A stretch of 64,000 nucleotides of DNA, taken from positions 96,001 through 160,000 of the forward strand of contig JAKPMO010000004.1 in NCBI GenBank assembly GCA_029548865.1, written 5' to 3'. The notes under the pieces were generated by a model, which was not told the DNA's origin, made no database searches, and was given only the letters and a program-made list of their open reading frames with translations. Source of the stretch: Caldisericota bacterium (GTDB lineage: Bacteria; Caldisericota; Caldisericia; JAAYUI01). Shown here piece after piece: positions 18,901-26,359 of the stretch (positions are counted from its first letter, which is position 1; every line of letters starts with the position of its first letter). The position numbers were made by a program, and so were the translations under genes.

Positions 18901-19949
18901 CATTGGTCTATCTTGAGGTTCGGGTTGACGACAATGACCGAACGGCCAGAGTAATCAACACGTTTTCCAAGCAGATTCTGCCTGAATCTTCCCTCTTTCC
19001 CCTTGAGTATGTCTGACAGAGATTTGAGTGGTCTGTTGGCCGTTCCAAGTATCGGGCGGTCCCTCTTTGAGTTGTCAAACAGGGCATCAACGGACTCCTG
19101 GAGCATCCTTTTTTCGTTCTGGATCATGATGTCAGGGGCCTTGACTTCCATGAGCTTTTTGAGCCTGGTATTACGGTTGATGACGCGCTGATAGAGATCG
19201 TTAAGGTCAGATGTGGCAAATCTTCCACCATCAAGCTGGAGCAATGGACGGAGGTCTGGTGGGATAACCGGAATTACTTCCAGTATCATATTTATTGGGG
19301 ACCTGCTTGTTTCATTGAATGCCTGGACAACATCCAGCCTCTTGATGGCTTTTGCTTTGCGTTGTGCTGAGCCTGAGCCAAGCTCTTCATAGAGTTCAGT
19401 GTTGAGTTTTTCGAGGTCGATTTCACCAATAAGGTCCAGGATTGCCTCGGCGCCTTTTTTGGCCTTGAAAGAATATTTTCTTCTAAGCTCCCTGTATTCT
19501 TCGTCGGTGAGAAGCTGCATCTTTTGGACATTTGGTGCATTTCCTGGGTCAACAACAACGTAGTTGATGAAGTATGTTATCTTTTCAAGTACCTTGCCAG
19601 TGACTTTGAGCAGGAGAGCGATATAAGGCATGGTTTTTAGATACCATGTGTGCACGACCGGGGCGGCCAGTTCTATGTGGCCAAAGCGCTCACGTCTTAC
19701 CTTGTTGATTGTTACTTCAACACCACATCTGTCGCAGATTACGCCTTTGTACCTTGCGCCCTTGAATTTACCGCAACGGCACTCGTAATCCTTGACTGGT
19801 CCGAATATCTTTTCGCAAAAAAGCCCATCTGGCTCGGGCTTAAAGTTGCGATATGAGATAGTTTCGGATTTTTTGACTTCGCCATGGCTCCATGAACGGA
19901 TTTCCTCGGCTGAAGACAGTATTATCTGAACGGCGGAGTTTTTGTCCAC
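15996..19949 (-). CDS. rpoC: DNA-directed RNA polymerase subunit beta'
   Basis: NADFDGD catalytic motif, N-terminal Zn ribbon (CRCG...CDRC), LLGKRVDYSGRS, bridge helix KGLADTAL, and DITTGLPRVEELFEAR. GTG start with AGGAGG RBS. Confidence 0.99.
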   Translation of the reverse strand: MDKNSAVQIILSSAEEIRSWSHGEVKKSETISYRNFKPEPDGLFCEKIFGPVKDYECRCGKFKGARYKGVICDRCGVEVTINKVRRERFGHIELAAPVVHTWYLKTMPYIALLLKVTGKVLEKITYFINYVVVDPGNAPNVQKMQLLTDEEYRELRRKYSFKAKKGAEAILDLIGEIDLEKLNTELYEELGSGSAQRKAKAIKRLDVVQAFNETSRSPINMILEVIPVIPPDLRPLLQLDGGRFATSDLNDLYQRVINRNTRLKKLMEVKAPDIMIQNEKRMLQESVDALFDNSKRDRPILGTANRPLKSLSDILKGKEGRFRQNLLGKRVDYSGRSVIVVNPNLKIDQCGLPKEMALELFKPFVMEGLVRTGFTQSLRQARSLIEQQHPEVYRILSEVVKGHPVLLNRAPTLHRLGIEAFDPILVEGKALQIPPLVCPPFNADFDGDQMAVHVPLTIAAQMESRLLMLSSRSILSPASGQPIIKPIQDIVLGCYYISLENDTYHEKKVYDSYYEVNAALNAGLVSLHDKINFRIPKGESLFQKGKTVQVKDLKGLEIKTSVGRVIYNGRIREALEKSITHRAAVAEMAGDKAPTKWNLPFFNELMAVKMIQKHISECFRLNGPAITAELLDIIKDIGYEMSTQAGVTIALTDMKIPPQRNEIIKKAEKEVDKITEYFDNGLISDNERYQAIVTLWTGATDDIKGAVFANFGKFDSVHMMANSGARGSPKQINQMVGMRGLMTDPTNKIIEFPIKSNLREGLTVLEYFMSTHGSRKGLADTALRTSDSGYLTRRLVDVSHDIIVREYDCSQTEIYPIIIANKVVKPISKQAVGKIAIEDIVNPETGEVIISAGQTITWKKAQLMDEANIKIAKVKTSIDGVVYTALYDDKTIVEQLGDRIIGRIAIEDILGYPSKTVPVDDESVVGGILAHDIVKRGKIHYERGSKITKQMLKTAKNLDFEKIAVATGEPWAIVKAGQMVDEKAVEEINDAGIAQVRMRSPLTCQSTEGVCALCYGRDLSSGNLVNVGEAVGIVAAQSIGEPGTQLTLQTFHTGGVASADITTGLPRVEELFEARKPKGEAPVTEISGKITIDQGKDMLNVIVTSKDGAQKTYEVPYTSQLLVQNNEEVEAGTPITEGSLNPHELLRIKGVMATQSYLIEAIQKVYKSQGVDINDKHVEIIIRQLLRRIKIKDSGDSRFLPGETADKQEIEEENRYLIAQNKKPATFEPILQRVTKSAITSESFLSAASFQETPRVLAEAAVKGKIDPIHGLKEAVIVGQLIPAGTGTPCYLDMVVETKEETPFTTDQETAPPKQQD

Positions 19950-19958
19950 AGTTCCTCC

Positions 19959-22043
19959 TTATTGTTCGGCCTGCTCGGCTTTTGCCTTTGCAACGACCTC
20001 CTCAACGACTCTTGGCGGTGCTTCTTCGTAATGATCAAATTCCATACTGAAAGATCCCCTACCTCCTGTGATGGAGCCAAGGTCAATTGCGTACCTCTGT
20101 ACTTCGATAAGCGGGGCGGTTGCTTTTATGACCTGGATCTTTCCATGAGCCTCGCTACCGATTATTTTTCCTCTCCTGGAGCTGATGTCACCCATGATGT
20201 CACCCATGTACTGGTCCGGTACAGTTATTGTGAGCATATAGATTGGCTCAAGAAGAACGGACCCGCCATCTTCAAACGCTTTTCTGTATGCGAGGTTTGC
20301 GGCAAGTTTGAATGCCATTTCAGACGAGTCAACCGGGTGGTATGAACCATCGTAAACGTTTACCGAAATATCGATGACAGGATAACCTGCCAGTGTTCCT
20401 ACCTGGATGGATTCCCTGAACCCCTTTTCGATTGCAGGGATGAAGTTCTTTGGAATGGAACCACCAAACACGGATTCCTCAAAGACAAATCCTGAACCCC
20501 TTGGAAGTGGCTTGACTTCAACCCAGCAGTCACCAAACTGACCATGGCCACCGGTCTGTTTCTTGTGGCGTCCCTGGACTTTTACTGCCTTTTTGATGGT
20601 CTCGCGGTATGGAATCTTTGGAATTGATAGTGTTGTTGCAACGCCGAATTTCCTTGCTAACTTTTCGGCTGCGGCCTGCAAATGGGCCTCTCCAAGTCCG
20701 CCAAGGATGATTTCCCTGGTTTCTTCGTTGCGTGTGTATTCAAGGGTGGAATCTTCTTCGAGGAGTCTTGGAACTGCAACACCGATTTTGTCATCATCAG
20801 CTTTTGATTTTGCCTTGAGAGACATTCTAAGAACTGGTTTTGGAAAATCTATGCCTTTTATAATGATTGGTTTGACTGGATCAGCGAGAGTCTCGCCGGT
20901 AAGGGTTTTGCTGAGTTTTGTGAGGACCCCAATGTCACCAGCCTTGAGCTCTGAAACGTTGTCCTGCTTTTTGCCTATCGGGATTGATACAACACTGATG
21001 CGCTCTTCCTCGTCCTTGTTGATGTTTTCAAGTTTTGTATCTGGCGTGAGTGAACCAGTGATGACCTTGAGGTATGTGATTCTTCCAACAAATGGATCAG
21101 CAGTTGTCTTAAAGACGAGTGCTGAGAATGGCTGGGATGGGTCAGTTTTTACCTTTATTTCCTGCTCTGTTTTTGCATCTTTGGCTGACTCTGGTTGTGC
21201 GTGGTCCGGCGATGGGAAGTAGTCGATTATTGCATCAAGAACATTTTGTGTTCCAATATTGGAGAGTGAGGATGTGGCCATGACTGGATAGACCTTGCCA
21301 TTTTTTACAGACTCGTGGAGTGCTTTGACAACCTGTTCCGGGGTTGGGATTTTTCCTTCAAGGTATGCCTCTAGCAGCTCATCATCCGATTCAGAAACGA
21401 CTTCTACGAGCTTGTTGTAATAGGCTTCCTGTTTTGACTTGAGATCGGCCGGGATGTCGCCTTCGACAACTTTCTTGCCACCATCGGCAAATGTGTATGA
21501 TTTTCCCTTTATAACATCGACGACGCCCTTGAATTGTGGGCCTTCGCCTATTGGGAAAGTGAGTACGAGGTAATTTTTGGTGAGGGTCTCTTCAATCTGG
21601 GCAAGGGCATTGTCAAAATTTGCATGTTCCCTGTCCATCTTGTTGATTACGATTATTCTTGGGAGTTTTCTGTCTTCGCAATACTGCCAGACCTTTTCAG
21701 TTCCGACCTGGACACCGCCACCGACATCAACAAAGATGAGTGCGCTTTCAGCAGCGCGGACACCTTCGAGTGTTTCACCGACGAAATCGAAGAAACCTGG
21801 AGTGTCAAGAAGGTTTATTTTGGTGTTCTGGTGAACAACAGGAACAACAGACAGGTTTATTGAAATTTGCCTTTTTGCTTCGTCCGGATCAAAATCCGAT
21901 ATTGTTGTCCCGGCGATTACATTGCCCATTCTTTCAATAAGCCCTGTGTCAAAAGCAGCGGCTTCTACCCATGAGGTTTTACCGGCTCCACCGTGGGAGC
22001 ATAGAGCCACATTCCTGATTGATTGGGTGTCAAAAGTCTTCAT
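19959..22043 (-). CDS. fusA: Elongation factor G-like protein (EF-G2 type)
   Basis: Five-domain EF-G layout; G1 SHGGAGKTS, switch I RQISI, G3 DTPGFFDF, G4 NKMD; also HKKQTGGHGQFG and DGSYHPVDSSEMAF. Confidence 0.95.
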   Translation of the reverse strand: MKTFDTQSIRNVALCSHGGAGKTSWVEAAAFDTGLIERMGNVIAGTTISDFDPDEAKRQISINLSVVPVVHQNTKINLLDTPGFFDFVGETLEGVRAAESALIFVDVGGGVQVGTEKVWQYCEDRKLPRIIVINKMDREHANFDNALAQIEETLTKNYLVLTFPIGEGPQFKGVVDVIKGKSYTFADGGKKVVEGDIPADLKSKQEAYYNKLVEVVSESDDELLEAYLEGKIPTPEQVVKALHESVKNGKVYPVMATSSLSNIGTQNVLDAIIDYFPSPDHAQPESAKDAKTEQEIKVKTDPSQPFSALVFKTTADPFVGRITYLKVITGSLTPDTKLENINKDEEERISVVSIPIGKKQDNVSELKAGDIGVLTKLSKTLTGETLADPVKPIIIKGIDFPKPVLRMSLKAKSKADDDKIGVAVPRLLEEDSTLEYTRNEETREIILGGLGEAHLQAAAEKLARKFGVATTLSIPKIPYRETIKKAVKVQGRHKKQTGGHGQFGDCWVEVKPLPRGSGFVFEESVFGGSIPKNFIPAIEKGFRESIQVGTLAGYPVIDISVNVYDGSYHPVDSSEMAFKLAANLAYRKAFEDGGSVLLEPIYMLTITVPDQYMGDIMGDISSRRGKIIGSEAHGKIQVIKATAPLIEVQRYAIDLGSITGGRGSFSMEFDHYEEAPPRVVEEVVAKAKAEQAEQ

Positions 22044-22055
22044 TGGTCCTCCAGT

Positions 22056-25000
22056 CTATTCTTCGTCTAGTTCTATCTCATCGCTGATACTGAAGGTTTC
22101 TGGAACGATAACCTTCATCTGGTCAGCATCCATTGATTCCTGTATGGCTGCGTCAACCTTCATGTTGAAGAGGCCCTTGTCAGATTTTGATTTGTCTTCC
22201 TTCTCACCAATAATCTGAAGATCTATGCAAAGTCCCCTGAGTTCTCTCTGGATGACCTTGAATGATTCCGGTGTTCCTGATTCAGGGATCGGTTTCCCCC
22301 TGCAGATTGCCTCGTAGGCCTTGATTCTTCCCTCTGTGTCATCGGATTTTAGGGTGAGCATTTCTCTTAGTGTGTGTGCTGCACCGTAGGCTTCGAGTGC
22401 CCAGACTTCCATTTCTCCGAGTCTCTGGCCTCCAAACTGTGCTTTTCCGCCCAATGGCTGTTGGGTTATGAGGGCATATGGTCCGGTTGAACGGGCGTGG
22501 ATCTTGTCTTCAACAAGATGGTTGAGTTTAAGCATGTATGCTATGCCAATGGTAACCATGTTTTCAAACTTTTCGCCGGTGTAGCCATCATAAAGATTCA
22601 TCTTGCCATCTTTTGGAAGGCTTGCCTTCTCAAGCGCATCAACGACATCTTTTTCAGTTGCGCCGGAGAAAATTGGCGTGGCAAAGTAAACGCCAAGCTG
22701 TCTGGCTGCATAACCAAGGTTGCACTCAAGAATCTGGCCGATATTCATACGCGAAGGAACACCAAGTGGTGAAAGAATTATGTCTACTGGTGAACCATCC
22801 TCAAGGAAAGGCATGTCATAAATTGGGAGGATTTTCGAGATGACACCCTTGTTTCCGTGCCTTCCTGACATCTTGTCGCCAACTTGGATTTTACGTTTTT
22901 CGGCGACGTATACCTTGGCAAGCATGTTCAATCCAACCTGAAGCTCGTCCGATTTGTCCCTCTTGAAAAGCTGTGTTCCGATTACAACACCCTTTTCTCC
23001 CGGGCTTACCCTGAGCGATGAATCACGGACGTCTTGACCCTTGCGGTCGAACATGGCCCTCCAGAGCTTCATTTCTGGGGTAAATTCGGATTCGGCCTTT
23101 GGGGTGACCTTTCCGACGAGAATATCGCCGGATTTGACCTCGGTTCCGACCCTTACGATTCCATTTTCATCAAGATTGCGAAGCATCTCTTCGGAGACGT
23201 TTGGTATTTCCCTGGTCAGTTCTTCCGGTCCGACCTTGGTGTCTCTTACTGCAAGCTTGTATTCTTTTATATGGATTGAAGTGTAAACATCGTCATAAAC
23301 AAGGCGCTCTGAAACAATGATGGCGTCCTGATAGTTGTACCCTCTCCATGGGAGATATGAAACAAGAACGTTCTGGCCAAGTGCCAGGTCGCCCCTGTCG
23401 CAGGCTTCTCCATCGATAATGACATCGCCAGCCGAGACGAAGTCTCCCTTACGGACGAGCGCCCTCTGGTTGATGCAAATGTCCTGGTTTGACCTGAAGA
23501 ACTTTTGAAGCTTGTAGGTTGTTTCATAGGATACATGTATATCATCAACACCTATTGAGGCTAGGCGCTTCAAAAGATCAACTGTAAGGTACGAACCTTT
23601 GTATGCTACAACTTCTTTGGAATCATAGATGTCTTCGGCAAGAATTCTTGAAGAGTTGAGCATCTCCTGATTGAAGGTGTAAACTTCTTCCTCGTGAAGG
23701 GCCATTATGTCGACAACCCTGATTTCAGTTGCGCCGAGTTGCAGTAGCTGGCGGAGCACATCTTCGGTTACAAAGGAAGAATCGATATTGTCAAATATTT
23801 CCTGTTCCTTTGGCCCCCTGAGGAGGATTTTTCCAAGGAAACTGTTTCTTGAGGCTGCAACTTTGAGAATGGCTACAGGAAGGTTTTCGGGTGAACCCTC
23901 AACCTCGACGATTACATCTCTTATGCCTGCTTTGTAGAGTTTCTCAAGGCCTGTTTCAGTTATCTTTTTGCCTGCGGCGATGAGGGTTTTTCCTTCAGAA
24001 TCAAGGGCTGGCTCGACAAGGATTTTGCCTATCAGTTCGTCATTTCTTTCGACTTTTACGAACTCGCCTAGGTTGATTGTTTCTACTTCATCCCTGCTTA
24101 TGGTTCTTACTTTAAAGAAATTGTTCTGGATGAGCTTTCTGGCCACTGTTCCATCAACGAGATCGCCTATCCTGCCGACGTTTGCTATATCTTCACCAAG
24201 AAACCTGTAGAGTGCTTCAGAGTTGATGCTACCAAGCTTGAATTTGACTGGTTGTGCATCAAGTGATGCAATTTTTATTGTTCCGGCATCAACATAGGAG
24301 ACTACGCCAGACTCTTTGGCCAGGACAACAGAGCAGTTGTCCACGACGATCTGGTGCTCCATGCCAGTGCCAACTCTTGGGGCCTCTGGCTGGATGAGTG
24401 GAACGGCCTGGTGTTGCATGTTGCAGCCCATGAGGGCACGGTTTGCTTCATCGTGCTCAAGGAATGGAATGATTGTGGCCGAAGCTGAGAAGACCTGGTT
24501 TGGAGAAATGTCTATAAGATCAACATCGAGAGGCTCAACTTCTACAATTTCTCCACCCTTTTGCCTGCAGATGGCAGTGCCTTTGATTATTCCTTTGCGG
24601 TCAGTCTCGGTGTTTGCCTGTGCGATATTGTAGTTTTCCTCATCATCGGCAGTCAGGTAGATGACCTCGTCTGTGACCCTTCCCTCTATAACCTTGAAAT
24701 AGGGGGCCCTTATAAAGCCAAATTCATCGACGATTGAGTGCGAGGTCAGTGAGTTGATAAGACCGATTTTTCCGCCTTCAGGTGTTTCAATAGGGCATAT
24801 CCTTGAGTAATGGCTGTGGTGGACATCACGCACATCTGCACCAGCACGATCCCTATTGAGACCACCTGGTCCAAGAGATGAAAGTTTACGTTTGTGGGTG
24901 AGTGCAGCGACAGGATTTGTCTGGTCCATGAACTGGGAAAGCTGGCCGAGGCCGAAGAATTCCCTCATGGCTGCAATTATTGGCCTAACGTTGATGATAT

Positions 25001-26255
25001 TCTGGACGGTAAGCTCTTCATCCGGAAGGGTGATGATCTTTTCCCTTACAATCTTGAGCATCCTGAGAAAGCCGACCCTGAGCTGGTTTTCGAGCAATTC
25101 ACCAACTGCCCTGATACGCTTGTTTGCAAGGTGGTCCTTGTTGTCTGGTGGGACATTGCCCAGTTTTAGCTGGAACAAGAATTTCAGGATTGCTCTTACG
25201 TCTTCAAGCGTAACGAGGTTGGAGTCAAGGTTTAGCTCGAGCTTCTTGTTGATTTTGTATCTACCAACAACCGAGAGGTTGTTTCTTCTTGGATCCCTGA
25301 GCAGGTTGTGAATAAGGCTTTCGGCATTTTCGATTGTTGGACGCTCACCAGGCCTGATGTGCTTGAACATATCGACAAGAGCTTCTTCTCTTGTTTTGGT
25401 CTGGTCTTTTTCGAGTGTGGCCACAATGAAGCTGGCTATGTCTTTGTCAAAGTATTTTACTTTTTTGATTCCAAGGCGTTTTATTTCATCGAGGATTATG
25501 TTAGTGAGTGTCGTACCAGCTTGATAAAGATCATCACCGGTTGTTGGGTGATAAATAGTATCAGCAAGAGGTTTTCCTTTTGCCCTCTCGAGATCAGTTT
25601 TATTGTCAGACTTTGCTTCGGAGGTTTTGTCCTGGTTGAAGAGATTACGGATTTCATCATCCGTGTAATCGCCCATCACCCTCAGTAATTCTGTGACGGG
25701 GAATTTCTTGGATTTTTTATCTATCTTGACATAACAAATGTCATCATCGCCCATTTCAAATTCGAGCCATGAACCTCTGTCTGGTATGACGGTTGCCATG
25801 GCCCTGTTTCTGTTTGAATTTGGCAGTTGTTCAAATTCGAAATACACTCCTGGTGAGCGCACGAGCTGGGAAACAACGACACGCTCAACGCCGTTGATTA
25901 TGAATGTTCCGGCATCTGTCATTTGTGGAAGCTCTCCAGCGAAAAGCTCCTGCTCTTTTATTTCGCCGGTTTCTTTATTTATAAGCCTAACAGTGAGTTT
26001 TAATGGTATGGTGTATGTCAAACTGCGCTGTTTGCATTCAATTTGACTGTATGGTGGATCACCGAGTGTGTAATCAACAAACTCGACTTCGACTTTTCCC
26101 GATTCACGAAGTGAACGATCTTCGTTCAATGAAGCAATGAGGTTTTTGAGGTCCTCGGTCAAAAACCTTTTGTAAGAATCGGTCTGGATTCTTATCAAAT
26201 CTGGTGGATTGACCTCAGTTCTTCTCTTGCCAAACCAAACCCGTTCAATTCTCAT
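22056..26255 (-). CDS. rpoB: DNA-directed RNA polymerase subunit beta
   Basis: FIINGVERVVVSQL, SQFMDQTNP, GDKMSGRHGNKG, GVPSRMNIGQ and GGQRLGEMEVWALEAYGA. Confidence 0.99.
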   Translation of the reverse strand: MRIERVWFGKRRTEVNPPDLIRIQTDSYKRFLTEDLKNLIASLNEDRSLRESGKVEVEFVDYTLGDPPYSQIECKQRSLTYTIPLKLTVRLINKETGEIKEQELFAGELPQMTDAGTFIINGVERVVVSQLVRSPGVYFEFEQLPNSNRNRAMATVIPDRGSWLEFEMGDDDICYVKIDKKSKKFPVTELLRVMGDYTDDEIRNLFNQDKTSEAKSDNKTDLERAKGKPLADTIYHPTTGDDLYQAGTTLTNIILDEIKRLGIKKVKYFDKDIASFIVATLEKDQTKTREEALVDMFKHIRPGERPTIENAESLIHNLLRDPRRNNLSVVGRYKINKKLELNLDSNLVTLEDVRAILKFLFQLKLGNVPPDNKDHLANKRIRAVGELLENQLRVGFLRMLKIVREKIITLPDEELTVQNIINVRPIIAAMREFFGLGQLSQFMDQTNPVAALTHKRKLSSLGPGGLNRDRAGADVRDVHHSHYSRICPIETPEGGKIGLINSLTSHSIVDEFGFIRAPYFKVIEGRVTDEVIYLTADDEENYNIAQANTETDRKGIIKGTAICRQKGGEIVEVEPLDVDLIDISPNQVFSASATIIPFLEHDEANRALMGCNMQHQAVPLIQPEAPRVGTGMEHQIVVDNCSVVLAKESGVVSYVDAGTIKIASLDAQPVKFKLGSINSEALYRFLGEDIANVGRIGDLVDGTVARKLIQNNFFKVRTISRDEVETINLGEFVKVERNDELIGKILVEPALDSEGKTLIAAGKKITETGLEKLYKAGIRDVIVEVEGSPENLPVAILKVAASRNSFLGKILLRGPKEQEIFDNIDSSFVTEDVLRQLLQLGATEIRVVDIMALHEEEVYTFNQEMLNSSRILAEDIYDSKEVVAYKGSYLTVDLLKRLASIGVDDIHVSYETTYKLQKFFRSNQDICINQRALVRKGDFVSAGDVIIDGEACDRGDLALGQNVLVSYLPWRGYNYQDAIIVSERLVYDDVYTSIHIKEYKLAVRDTKVGPEELTREIPNVSEEMLRNLDENGIVRVGTEVKSGDILVGKVTPKAESEFTPEMKLWRAMFDRKGQDVRDSSLRVSPGEKGVVIGTQLFKRDKSDELQVGLNMLAKVYVAEKRKIQVGDKMSGRHGNKGVISKILPIYDMPFLEDGSPVDIILSPLGVPSRMNIGQILECNLGYAARQLGVYFATPIFSGATEKDVVDALEKASLPKDGKMNLYDGYTGEKFENMVTIGIAYMLKLNHLVEDKIHARSTGPYALITQQPLGGKAQFGGQRLGEMEVWALEAYGAAHTLREMLTLKSDDTEGRIKAYEAICRGKPIPESGTPESFKVIQRELRGLCIDLQIIGEKEDKSKSDKGLFNMKVDAAIQESMDADQMKVIVPETFSISDEIELDEE

Positions 26256-26320
26256 GTGGTTTCCTTCCTACCCCACTCATCAGGGCATACGAATTGCTAG
26301 GGGCATATTCACAAAAGAAT

Positions 26321-26349
26321 ATCCTAACCTATGGCCCTTTTAATGTCAA
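26321..26349 (-). promoter_or_regulatory. Putative sigma70 promoter of rpoB-fusA2-rpoC
   Basis: TTGACA-17-TAGGAT, about 65 bp upstream of the rpoB ATG. Confidence 0.65.
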
Positions 26350-26359
26350 TGAACAATGG

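Noticed and set aside
23515..24270. An intein in RpoB or RpoC
   Set aside because: The inserts lack intein terminal motifs (C/S start, HN-C/S/T end) and homing-endonuclease motifs; they look like BBM2-type repeats.
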